64,000 nucleotides of DNA from Klebsormidium nitens (taxonomy: Eukaryota > Plantae > Klebsormidiophyceae). Both the position numbers and the translations under genes were made by a program. Location of the stretch: NCBI GenBank assembly GCA_000708835.1, contig DF237184.1, positions 1-64,000 of the forward strand, written 5' to 3'. The notes beneath the pieces were generated by a model. The model worked only from the letters and a program-made list of their open reading frames with translations, was not told the DNA's origin and searched no databases. Shown here in pieces: positions 12,001 through 24,096 of this stretch (position 1 is its first letter; each line of letters starts with the position of its first letter).

Positions 12001-14667
12001 GCCTTAGGTACAAAGCCATCAAATTTCGTCGAATAAGTTGCCTGTGCAGTAAGTATGCCGAGCTTTTACAGGTCCAGGTTGACAAGGGTACTCGCTACGG
12101 GCGGAGGTCCAGGTGTCCTGATTCAAATGGTCTGCCTGTCTACCTGTCGTTCAAAAAGCTGTGAACCCCGTTCAAAGGTCTCACTTGTCCGAGGAGCGTC
12201 ACCTCCTTGACGCCCTGGTCCCACAGCTCCCCGACCTCCCTCACGATGGACGCGAGCGGGCGGGAGCGCTCCCGGCCGCGCGTGAATGGTACGATGCAGT
12301 AGGAGCACATGTTGTCGCACCCGCGCATGATGCTAACGTAAGCGGAGACGGAGTTTTCGCAGATCCTGTACACGAAAGCAGGCGCCAGTGGCATTGACAA
12401 GTTAGATTGCGGAACTGACTTGGACAAGTGAATCAATGCAGAAGAGACCAAGAGTCTGACAGGACTCCCGCTCTTACTCATCTCAACAAGTGACTCAACT
12501 CAAATTACGAGCAGCTCGAACAGTCAAAGCGACACGCAACCTCTCTGCTTCGAAATGAAGTGCGAGCCCCCAGCAACTCTAGAAGACGACCTCCAAATGT
12601 CAAAGCACTAGGAATTCTTTGCGAAGTCAACCGTTCATTTACGGTAAGCCCCCACAAAGGAACAAGGAATAAGGAAATCCATGTTGCACCTGACAGGAGT
12701 GATGTCAGCATAGGTCTCGTCCAACGAGAGCATGACGTTGACCCCCGTCTGGCCCCGGTCGACTTGCGCGAGCAGGCGGGGCAGGTCCCGGTAGGCGTCA
12801 GGTCCACACACAACGTCCACGAGCTTGTCAGCCTCCAGGAGCTTCGTCTTCAGGCGCTCCGCCATGCAGCCCAAAACGGCGACCTGGAAAATAGAGGGTG
12901 CGGAAGAAGTCCTCACGAAGAAATCGAAGAGATTGCGTCAAGTGGAAAGGCTGGAAAAGTCGTCAAAACCAGCGTCGCCGATTAACCTGGAAAGTAGAGG
13001 GTGCGAAAGAAGTCCTCAATGTGGAGAAAATGAATGGACTGGAAAGGCTGGCAGAGTCAAAATACCATCGTCGATAAGCGTGATTATCGACCTTCTTTGG
13101 AGACCTTGGAATCGTCCTAGCGGGTCAACCGATGCCAGGCTGGCGTAAAACGAGTCCCAGGATTGGACCACTCGACAGTCGAAGCGGATCCTAAAAAGGA
13201 CAACTAAGAAGGACGAATGCAAGTTATCTCAGAGCCCAGCAGCGTACATGCGCAGTGCAAGTAAAGAGGAGTGAAGAGGAGTCGGAAGTATTCTGCTGGA
13301 GTGATGTTGTGGGTGTAAGAAGAGAACTAGTAGCAAGAGTTTGCAATGTGTACCTTGTACACGGGGTCTATGACTGGGATTGGGCCCGTGAACTTCTGCC
13401 AGCTTGCACCTCCCTTTGGCAGCGCTCTGCAACCCGTCACCAGAAAGCGAACAACGCAGGAAAGAAGCCTGAGCTACAACCTGCGAAGAACCCCAAAGAC
13501 GGACGCCTTGTCTCGAGAAGAGGGCTCACCTTGGGCGGTCGCTGAGCAAGATGCGCCCCGGGCCCGCTTTTCCAGTCCTGCCGCCAGTTCCTCTTCAGGT
13601 TTTTGAAATATCCAAGTCGCTGCCAAATCTGAAGCAAAGGATCAATGTCATATCACTTTCCCAGAACCAAGCTCTGGATTCTGGAATGGCAAACGCATCT
13701 GTTTGCGTCAGCATCATTATTTAACTAGGGAACAAGAATAGGCAAGACCAGTCCAAACATCCTCCAATCTTCTCGCTTCATGAAGACCCAAACTGTTGTC
13801 TGATACGTGAGTGGAGAGAATAAGAAATTGAGAAGTCTGCAGAGTTTTTCAGGGGCCCAATTGTGGTAGTTAAGTCAGGAGCTCAAAACCTCACACAGCT
13901 CTCAGGAAAAGCAGAAAATACTACGATCTTCTTACCTTCCGCTCAGCGTTCTCTCGAATTGCACACGTCATGACGAAGATGACATCAGCATCTTCAGCTC
14001 TCTCCGCTCTCTTGTCGAAGCCCGCCCCGTTCATGATAGCCAGTACAGTTTCCATGTCGCTCACATTCATCTGGCAGCCGTAAGTCTCAAAGTACACTCG
14101 ACCACCACCAAGTCTAGGCTGCCCCCTCAGGTATGGAGTTTGTGGCAGGTTCGTGTCTCTATCTAGAGTGGGGTGACGATCTGATGGACGATAACTTGAC
14201 TGAATGAAATCTTGGAGGGAGGGGCCTGAGGAAGGAACGGAGCGAGGCGCCCCAGCATTCGCAGCAAACCCTCTGCAAATGGTGGTATGCACTCGGTTTG
14301 TGCCGCTTGTCGGGTACACGAACGACTCTTCACTAGACAATCGCGGCACAAGGCCGATGAGACTAAGCTTTGAGGATGCAGTCCCTTGATAGTCACGCCC
14401 TGAAGTGGATGGCTGAAGACACACATGTCGCGACACCCTGTCACATAATTTCGCCGGAAGTGGCCGATGATGCCTCGCCACTGATTCTCCGTCCAGCCTA
14501 TTCAAAGAGTCTGGTTCCTGCAACTCATTTGCACTTGTTCCTCCTAGCAACTGGTAAGAAAGCCGGCGCCCTTCTCTGAGCTGAGAAAGAGCACGCCGTG
14601 CAAGGCCTGCATCCCTTTTAGCCAGCATCTTTCCACTCTGACGAGCTAAAGAAGCGAGCCACCACAC
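9039..14667 (-). CDS. CDK5RAP1: CDK5RAP1/MiaB-family radical-SAM tRNA methylthiotransferase, probably organellar (about 740 aa, 9 exons)
   Basis: Exons 14667-13936, 13628-13530, 12883-12690, 12365-12185, 11865-11489, 10766-10657, 10413-10196, 9695-9606 and 9260-9039 are phase-consistent. Motifs: [23 protein letters not shown], radical-SAM [26 protein letters not shown] and a C-terminal TRAM domain ([11 protein letters not shown]). The long Arg/Ser/Leu-rich N-terminus resembles a targeting peptide. Confidence 0.93.
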
Positions 14668-15306
14668 CCTAGGACATCCCTGCTGGCATTGACGCTTTGC
14701 TTCCGCTTCTGCTCATGCCAAATGTTGCCAGTGGAACCAAATTTGTGTTTCACTGAAAACCTGAGGCTGAAGTCTGAAGGGGGGAGGGGAAGCTTAGCGC
14801 GAAAAGGGGCGGCCACAGATTCGAGGTTGGGGGGAAGATCTGCAAGGAACTTGACCCCCCGATCAGGAATATTAGACAAAAGACTTGCAAACCCTAATTT
14901 TCGATCTTGGACCTTGCACTTTTCTGCTTCAAGTTCAAGCATTTGACTTCAGCTACACTCGATTTGGCTACACTTGTGCTTGCTTCTTGGACTTGAATCC
15001 GAGGTCCATGGCTTAACGCGCTACGGCATTATAAAAGAAACATACATACATTAGATAATACTGTGTCAGCTGTCTGCCATCACAATGCAGATGGTGCAAA
15101 CGAGTGAGAACGCCAGAAGAAAAGTCGGGTTACGCTTTCAGGGAGCTGGTGCCGCCGTCGAAAGCTCCAAAGGATATTTCTTGACAGAGGATCACTCGTC
15201 CAATACTTCAAGTCGCGTAAGCTTCAAGACGGCCAAATCAGCCGCTATCGAAGAGCGTTGATTCTGATGAGACATCTGGGAAAATAGCATGACAATCCAT
15301 TAGACA

Positions 15307-18300
15307 ATGGACGTCCTGACCTGCTGTTGCTGTGGCAGCTTCACCACGAGCGACCAAGTGCAGCTTGTTCTAGCAAGTGAGGTGAGGTCTCAAGCTTTCT
15401 ATGATGTATGTCATACGATGGCACTTAGAAAAATGTTAAAGGTGGGGCACTGGAAAGTACATTGTGACACGTATTCAGCTCATTCTGTTTAGGAGGTGGT
15501 CATGAAGAGAGGGATAGACAAAGGCACCCCACTTTGAATCCAGCAGTCCCCAGACCTGGCTGGTGAATTCAGTCCCTTCAAAATAAAAGTAGGATCTTGA
15601 TAACCAAAGCTCACTCAGAGCTGAAGCTCCTTCCCACTTCGAACCAGTGTGGCCATTTGTGCAGAGTCACATTGGTTTATGGGGGCAGCGCCAGCAGTCT
15701 GCACGACCAGTCCTCGTCCACCGGCAACGCGCGCACTGCACTGCCGCTGTCGTCACCCCCTTCAGAGTGCCAGGCTGGTTGCAGGATGGACGAGATGGAC
15801 TAGCGGTGAGCTTCCGTTTGCGAGGTAATTGCCAGAAGGTGGTGGTAGTTGAGGCTGATTCGATGGGATTGCAAAAGATGCGCTTGCTAGACTGACCAAG
15901 AGGTTTGAAAGCAAGGTGCATAGTAATTGAACTTAAGAGATGCCCTTTTTAAAGCACTGGCGCCCATTGTGGCAGAGAGGCTGCAGAAATTTCTTCGCAA
16001 AAGCCTGCCTTCACAGCACGCCGGAATGCACAGAAGCTGGCAGACAGAGGACGAGATTGCCATGAACCCAATGACTTCTAAGATACTCATCCCCACTACA
16101 GGGACCATGTTTAGAAGGTTCATCAGAAAGTGTTTGATAATTGGGGCATGTTGCTTGCAACCAAAAAGGCCAAAAGTCTCAACACTTCCACATATCTGGA
16201 CAGTCTGAACCCAAACATTGTGTGCTGAGGGCATTGGATTGAAGTGCCATTCCCCATGCTGAACAGGCCCTGCTTTCGCTCACAGGCCATCTCTGCATCA
16301 TCATCAGATCTACAGCTACTCTGCTGGAACAACCAGAAACAGGGCCTCCAGGAGCTGTGCCATATCCCAAACGCCCTCCCAAACATCCAATCGACGCACG
16401 ACAGAATCCAAACAAGCCAGGCGATTGCCTTAGGGTCCTCTCTCTGCTGTGTCATCAGCGGAGGCGATGGGAGGCTGACTGTGGCGATGGTCAAGAAGAA
16501 CGAAAGTAAGTGCGCAGACAACTGCTACCAATCTTCAGCTTAGTTGTGAAGCATAAACTATACAGATGATCGACCCCCAAAGTGCGGAAAGGTTTTCTTG
16601 GCTGCGGTGCCCAGATAGTGCCCTTGCAGATTTTCATGTTGCTTTCTGAGTGCGAAGCACTGGACTGACCCAACCTTACGGTCATTCAATGCATCAAGCT
16701 CAAAAAGCCTCATTAGAAGCAACAGTCCTCTTTATGCAAGGAACAGATTACCAAAAGAAGGCAAGAAACGGAACTTGATGAAGGAATCAAATCGCTTTGT
16801 TCCTCTCTACAGAAGGGCCGATCCGCTTTTGCGGCACCTTTCACGAAGTTCCACCCACACACGACGGCCGTTCCGGCGGCCTGCTCGGCAGCTCGACGCA
16901 AATCCTCAGCCTCTCGTTCCTGACTGATTGGAACGGCTGTCCTGAGGTCGACCTCCACGGGCGGCCTTTGCTGGCTCAGCTCGTTCGAGAAATAGGTGCG
17001 CGCAGCTTCCCTTTGTTTTCTCCTCCCCTTTCTCTTCTGTTCACTTCGCTTTTCTCTTTCCTCTTACTCGCACACTCAGCAAATGATGCCTTCCTCTGCT
17101 GTCCCCTCTGCTTCAATGTGTCCAGATACGCCTGAAATGTTTGCCAGTGATTCTTGCTTTTCTGAAGAGTTCTCACTCTGGTAAAGTGAGAGGAGCGGGC
17201 TTTCATTGTTTGCAGCTCTGGATGGTTCCGTCACCAGCTTCTTCCTCTCCGCCCTCGACGTGGCCTCCGGGGAGCTCCACCGATGCTGGCAATTGAGGTC
17301 CGTTCAACTCGTTCAAGGCGTACTTAACTTTCGATCCTGGCCTGATTTCTGAAATCCTGAAAACGAATCGTTCTCTGAATCTATTGACTCGTACTTTCTC
17401 GTCGCCCTGGACAACTTCGTTCTTCTGGTCTTCCTCGTGCAGACTGCAATGTGCCATGCGTAACAAAAGCTAGGAGAAGACAACATGCTCTCATTCCTCT
17501 CGTCGCTTTGCAGCAGCTGTCCTCGACCGGTTATTCCGGGTCAAGGTTCCAAAGAAGAATCCTCTACGTGCTGCCATACACGCCCCTTGCCCGTCGCCCT
17601 CTGTGCAGAGACCTCGAACCTTCGACCCGTGTCTTGCTGACGTCCGCCTCCTTGAGCGCCCCGTCGCCCGAGAAGAGAGCCGAGATCCTGCTCTTATCCA
17701 GCTCCGGCGGCATAGCTTATGACCGCAACGGCTGCTTTTGCAAGCGCATACGTTACGAGACGGAGCGCTCGTTTATTACAGCGGCCCAATTGAGCGAGAA
17801 CCTTCTGGTAAGCAACCTTGCCATGGTTGTAACGTTGAGTTTAAAGGACTCAGTTTCAGCGGGTCCTGAAGCACCTATGCAGGGCGGTCTGCTTACATGA
17901 TAAGAGGTGAAGAGTCAATTCGGGCACCGTAGACGGGCTTCGTCTTGTAGGTGGCCGACCCAGGCAGTCCTTGAAGCTCAGATAATGGGCTGACCTTCGC
18001 GATGACTGAGAGCTGCCTTGCTTGAAAGACTCATGAACGCAAGGACGAACTGCAGGAGTACCGTCTCAAATGTGTGAGGTTCTGGACTTGATTTGAAGCC
18101 GTGTTGTTAGGCAAATTGATCAGCCGACTCTCTTAAGTCATGGGAACCTGAAGGCCGCGACACATTGTTCGCTCCGATGACCAGTCCACGTGTCCGCTCG
18201 CAGATTGTCGGGGACGCTGCTGGGGCCCTGCAGGCGGTGGACCTTTCCATGTCGGATTCCGCCCGTCCGTTGCGCTTCGAGCCGGAACCGGCTTTCCAGC

Positions 18301-21300
18301 TGCATTCAGGATTGCGGGTGAGTCACGCCGCATGTGCTGAGGGAATTTCGAGGTCTAAACAGTGGTCGTTATTGTGCTGAGAGTTTTGAAAGAAGCCGAA
18401 ACGGCTGTGGGAGCTTTAGGCCGGGACTTGCAGGAAGTCGCCGTTTTGAAGAAATTGGTGGTCCGCAGAAGTTATGAAACGTTTCAAGCGACTGGGGGCA
18501 ACCGCGGATAGGCCATAGAAGGCCTTGGACGGTGACTCTCACGGGTTCGCTCTTTCTAAGGCGCCTCTTAAATCATATGTGAGCATCTGAGGAAGTTCTT
18601 CTGTGATCGAGGTTGACCCGTTTTTCTCCTGCTTTTCCGCAGGCTCTGCTCCCGTTTGCACAAGAACCTGACGCGTCCACTTTTGTCTCCGTACGGGAAA
18701 ACGGTCAGACGTCTTTGATACGCTATCCTGGCGGAGATAGCGCATGCTCCATCCGGCACGTGCCCTCCACTGAGCTACCCGGCCTTGCCCCCGTGCACGA
18801 CTTCACGGCCGTCCACGTGTCACCTCAAGAAGCGGAGCTTGTATTGGCTCACGGGTCCGCGAGGCACGGCTGCCTGACACGTGTCCAGGAAGCGGCGGAG
18901 CTGATGATCAGGGAGGCGCTAACTATCGAGCATCAGGTATCACCTAGGTCATGTTTTTGCAATCTATCGGTGGCATTTTACATTTTGATTTTCCTCGTTT
19001 CTCGTTTGGAGGATTCATGATTTGTTCGTGTTTGGGCAAACTGTGTATGTTTTGGAATCTGTACTTTGGTGACTGTATTCGACTCACGAAGCACGGAGAG
19101 ATTAAACGGAAAGCATCAGGGTCGCGGTACCGGCGACTTCGCCGCCGCACGATTCAGATCTAGCCAGTAGAGGGGTTACGCTTGCGCGGGATTTTGTTGG
19201 TCAATTGTCCCACTTCATTTGAGCATACGTTACTCTCATTTGTTCGTACAAACACCCCTCTGCATCTTGCACATATGATGAACTAATCGATGGCCTTCCG
19301 GTAGGAGAGAGCTGCATCGGACGGCCTCTGGCTTCGGCGAGATAAGCCACCAGAGTGCGTTCGTGTTACCCTCACTCAAAACGTCGCTCCTTTCCGTTTG
19401 CCACATAATCAAAGACCTTGTAAAGCTTGTCTTAAAGGCAGGTATATTTTGAAAGCCCCAGTTTCACCGGGCATCTCAGAAGGACTGAGAAAAAGGAAGC
19501 TGAGTCTGAATGTAGCCTCTCTCTTGCAGGGCCTCGGACTCCCCGCCCTCCTACCGTTCTCCCTCCCCTCAGACCGCCCCGCCGTCGTCCTCAGCTATGA
19601 AAACTCCAGCCGCGTCCTCCATCTTTGCGATGACGCCACGTGGCGCCCTCTCACCGCCTCGGCATTCGACGAAACCCTGCGCACGCTCGCGGTCGGGGCA
19701 GTCGGGGTCGGCCGCGCCTTCGTCCAAGTGACGTCAGCGGGCTTGCGGCTGGTTGCTTCTTCCCCGCCGTACGATCTGCTTCAAGAATTAGACTGTTTAA
19801 AAGCTGCGACTGGCAAGGCGACACGTGGACAAAAGCTGTTCTTGGCGGACGTCCGAAACACGAGGGTCGTGGTCGCCGGAACGGACGAGCTTCGGACGTT
19901 TGAAGTCGACGCGAGCGGCGGTCTGCTGCGGGAGGGTGCGTCACGGAAGAACGAGCAACAGATTTCTGCCGTTGGGCTGTCGGTTTGGAGCGGCGGTATG
20001 GGTCAACGGAGAGCAAGTCACGGAGAAGCGAGTACGAGCGGAGCAGCGTTGAGAAGCGGGCCTGATGCGGCGAAAAAAAGGGGCGGAAAGACCAGGAGAG
20101 CGGAACCGAGCGGAATGCAAGGGAGCGGACGGCAAGAGAACGACAGGCCGCAACAATCCGAGTATGTAGTGGTTGGTTTCTGGACGAGCCATGTTGTAGA
20201 AGTCCTACGCTGGTCAGATCTCGAGATGGTGACACGTGTCCAGCTGGGCGGATCGGATCTGCCACGGAGCGTGAAGCTGGTTGCGTCGGAGGGTGTGAAC
20301 GCGCTCTTTATCGGAACCGGGGAGGGCAGTTTGCTCTGCTATGAGGGAAGGAGCGAGGGTATGGAGGATATTCACACCGGGCCGGGATGGCATGTAAGAG
20401 TTGGTTCGGGCCCTGTTTCTCTGTCGATGGTCTCCGGTCAGTGGAGAGAAGAGTCTGCGGACAGTGGTGGTTTCGAACAGGCTCGTTCCAGTCAGCATAT
20501 GACAAAGAAGATAGAGCACGGAAGCGAAAGTAGCGAGAAGGGAAAGCGAACGGAATATGAAGCGGAAAGCGGACACGGCGTTGGTGTGGTTGGGATTTTT
20601 GCGCAAAGCTACGGCGGAGTCTTTTTGGGATTTGACAACCCGTCATCGAGCGAGACAGAGTTGGCAACAGCAAGGGTCATCGGCGCAGAGGGACTGCACC
20701 ACGTGGCGGCTTGGGGGGACGCCACGTGGCTGGTCGTCGGAGAAGACGGGCAGATACGGACGGCTTCCTTAGACAGGAAAGTAAAAGTCCGGCGGCAGAG
20801 CTTTCCCCTGGGAGTCACTCCGCGAATGGTCGCCTGCCACGTGTCCCGCGGCTGCCTGGCTGCGGTCTGCGCCCGCGACCGGGGCGCGGACAGCCTGCGC
20901 GTGCTGCACGCGCGCACGCTCGCCTCGCTCGCTGACGTCAGCCTCCGGAAGGGCCACGTGCCCACGTGTCTGCACAGCGTCTCTCTTCCTCTGCAAAAGG
21001 TGGATCGTCCGGATTTCGACTCGTACGGAGCACCGGAAGACGAACTAGTAACGGGAGAGTTTCTCGTCCTGGCTTCGACGGTGACTGGCGGGGAGCACGC
21101 GGTGTCAGTGCTGTCCGTTTTCGACGTCGAGGAGAGCCCAGCCGGGGACGATCGGGTGGCGTTTCGACTGTTCCTGCTCGGGTCGTACGCAACCGGTGCC
21201 GTCGTCTGCTCGATGGCTTCCGTTCTGGTCCCTCCAGCGGAAGCAAGCGGAACGATTGATGAGGCATCAGAGGGGCCGGTGTCTGCGCGGATTGCGGAGA

Positions 21301-22157
21301 GCGCGTCATTGCTCGCGGTCGGCACGCACGAGGGTTTGCAGGTTTTGTCGCTGACGGTCGACCGAGCGGGCGCGGCCGCGGTCGCGGACTTGGAAGAGCG
21401 AGCCGTGCTTGCAGCCCTAGCCGAGAGCAATGGCAAAGGTGTCAATGTTCCGGCTGGCGACATGCCCGCAGATCCTGACACCAATTCCGCAAGGGACCCT
21501 GATGGAAACACGGAAGCGGACGAAAGTGTGTCAATAGACGAACCGAAGTCACATCAGGTCGGGCTTCTCCAAGTGAAAGTTGCGGCGGAAATCAAGCTTC
21601 CCGCGGGAGTCACTGGCTTGCAGTCGAGCGGTAACGTTTTGTTTGCCGCCTTGGCCGATGGCTCGCTCTTACTTTTGGAAACGGTCCAAACGTCGACAGG
21701 CGTGCGGCTCGTGGCACGCTCACAAAGACGGTTCAAAGCTCCGCCGGCGTCGCTTTTCGCCGTGTCCCCAGCGCGCGTTCTCGTTTACTGTACTGGCCGA
21801 CGCAGGGTCAGTCTTTTGGAGCGGGACTTAGCGGCAGAGGCTGCATACGAGGAGAAAGAAAAGCGCACGGCCGTGCGCATAAGCGAAGCTGGGGGGCTGG
21901 ATTTGTCAAATCCCACCGGTAACGCGGATATACAGATGAGCGGTTGTCAGTTGAAGGAGTTGGAAGGTCTGCCCCTGCTAGAGATGAGGGACATCGATTA
22001 TGCTATGCCAAATGCTGCAATTGGTTTCTGTAAGCTTCTTCGAAAGTTAGGGGCGTCGAAGACTGAAACAGGGGAGGTAAATGTCGTGTTGCAGCAGGAT
22101 CTGTTTGCAGTGTTGGCGGACGGGACCGTCGAGACGTTGCCCAGTGCAATGTTCTGA
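15307..22157 (+). CDS. Divergent DDB1/RSE1/CPSF1-family triple beta-propeller protein (about 1300 aa, about 9 exons)
   Basis: Approximate exons: 15307-15381, 15665-15805, 16286-16505, 16813-16995, 17216-17297, about 17544-17807 (acceptor uncertain), 18204-18317, 18643-18936, 19530-22157. Segments follow remembered DDB1 sequence in order: CGSFTTSDQVQLVLA vs GHFTSAEDLNLLIA; APVHDF...GSARHGCL vs GPIVDM...GAFKEGSL; VGFWTSH...LPRSV vs VGLWTD...IPRSI; FPLGVTPRMV vs VPLYESPRKI. Confidence 0.75.
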
Positions 22158-23385
22158 TGCCTTGAAGCATTTTTGGGCCAGAAAGTGGAGTTTAAGAAGC
22201 ATATCAGAGCCAGTAGTGGACGTGACCGTTAGGCACAGTGCGCTTAATGCTATTTATGACAAGAATCTTTGAGACGAAGACTACAGAGTTATCAGCCTGC
22301 ATGATTAAGTATCGAAGTCACGTGCAAAGTACGCAAAGTAGGCCTCTTTATTGATGGTTTTGCACGGCATGACTGGCGAGGTTTGAACGAACTTGCGAAG
22401 GCAGCATGCGTATGGATAAGGAAACAATGAGTGTCGTTCTGGGAACAGGTTGAATGATCGCGCCAGGCCCGAGGTACATGGTTGATATCGAGGCTTCTTC
22501 ATGATTTGTTGCAAACCAGATTTACGTGCGCTGCACGACTTGTACCCGCCAGATTGAAGGAGTTTTAGGAAGAACGGCGAAAATTGCTTGACATGACATT
22601 TGATTTGCATGGCTTAATTGGTTTAATTTGGTGCACCGCTTTGGCACCAGTAAGGCCCAGTATTTGTTTGCCATGATAGGTACATCGATCTAGCTAGTTG
22701 CCAGAAATTTGACGTGCGTGCCTAGAAACGATCAAATTATTCATGATATGTCTGTCCATCATCCATGGTATGTTGTCGAGCACTGTACAACGGACTCCAG
22801 CGGTGGCGGGATGCTCGAGTCACGTTCCGACTCCAAGCGGGACCGAAAAGCTGCAGCGTGACGCCAATGATGGCGCACTCAGTGATATATTTCATGCTAC
22901 ATGCAACCAGGTGCCTGAAGCCGTGCCAAGCAGCCAGTTGAAGTCGGCTCATGTCACACATTTCAAATATACTCTCAAATACTACATGTCAGCCGCAGTT
23001 GAATGGTGGCCAAATAAGTCTATTTCTTCTACATGCATACACTCAGGCTTCTTGGACGCTGTGGCTAAATCTCTGTATACTATGATATCTACAAGCTTAA
23101 ATCTGCATAAGTTCAAACACGGAAACCTAGATCAAGTTGATCTCTCCTGGTCGTTTACTGCTCATGGTGTCCGGGGGTGTCTCGGCCTGATCTCTGATGC
23201 TGTTCACGTGTGCTAATCCGTATACTTTGACTGCAAGATACTTTCATGTCTGTTCTACAGATGATGCTCTTTGCATTAGATGCCGCTGCTGACTTTGGGT
23301 GATCGATCTCTCCTCCAAAGAGTCCCAGTCATTTACATTCATTTGTCCCTCTTCCTTCTGAAGTTGGGTGCTACACTAGCACCGC

Positions 23386-24096
23386 TCAAAGATCGAAAGC
23401 ACTCTGGATAAGAAGCACGGTCGCTGTGTACAACCAGAGGATGTGTGCAAGGTAGAAAAGCCGCTCCAGCGCTCCACAATAGCTCCGGAAGAAGCGAAGT
23501 CCGAGCGACATAAGGATAGCGGCTGCCAGCTCTGCCCAAGCAATGCTCTTAAGCAGGCCCGCATGTTCGCCAAGGTGCGTGCTAGCATATGGCGGTTTCT
23601 TGAAAGCGGCGGCAAACTGAAAGGATGCGACAACAATCGTCACAAAGGAGACTAGGGCAAAGAAGAAGTGCAAACGACCAGAGACAAAACGTTGTTGTCC
23701 CGCACGATCAACAACCTCGACTTTCTGGACGTCATCGGGGGCGTTTTCGCTCATGTCGGTTGGAAAGAGCGAGGTGAGGATGCGAGCCAACCCAAACACT
23801 GCTAACAAGGTGATGGCCGCTGTACCACTTCCTGAAACACCAGATGCCGGAGCTAGGACAACTAGAATGTGACCAAGGCCGGCAGCAAGCAGTGCCGCCA
23901 CTCCCGCAATGGTCCACCAGCAGACCCAAATCCAGGGGGCTGTTTTGTGTGGCAGCACTCCGTACTCGGATACCGCATTGCGGATTGGTGACCATGTTGT
24001 TGGCCGCACGAGGTGCGCCCCAAGGAACGCGGCCGTCCAGACGACCAGCAAAGCTAGAGATGCTAGACCAAGTCCGAGCGCAGTGGCATCCGCCAT
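23386..24096 (-). CDS. DUF998-like multi-pass membrane protein (236 aa from the Met at 24096)
   Basis: Uninterrupted ORF with about 6 hydrophobic segments and the DUF998-type motifs HLVRP...SPIRNAVSEYG, LFPTD, GRLHFFFALVSF and GALERLFY. The ORF is open upstream to an AG at about 24240, so extra 5' exons are possible. Confidence 0.7.
   Translation of the reverse strand: MADATALGLGLASLALLVVWTAAFLGAHLVRPTTWSPIRNAVSEYGVLPHKTAPWIWVCWWTIAGVAALLAAGLGHILVVLAPASGVSGSGTAAITLLAVFGLARILTSLFPTDMSENAPDDVQKVEVVDRAGQQRFVSGRLHFFFALVSFVTIVVASFQFAAAFKKPPYASTHLGEHAGLLKSIAWAELAAAILMSLGLRFFRSYCGALERLFYLAHILWLYTATVLLIQSAFDL

Noticed and set aside
19651-21511. Several long minus-strand ORFs (204, 130, 121 and 300 aa)
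   Set aside because: Shadow ORFs opposite the GC-rich terminal exon of the DDB1-like gene.
22743-23216. 157-aa plus-strand ORF between two genes
   Set aside because: No motif, no convincing splice structure, and codon usage unlike the real exons.
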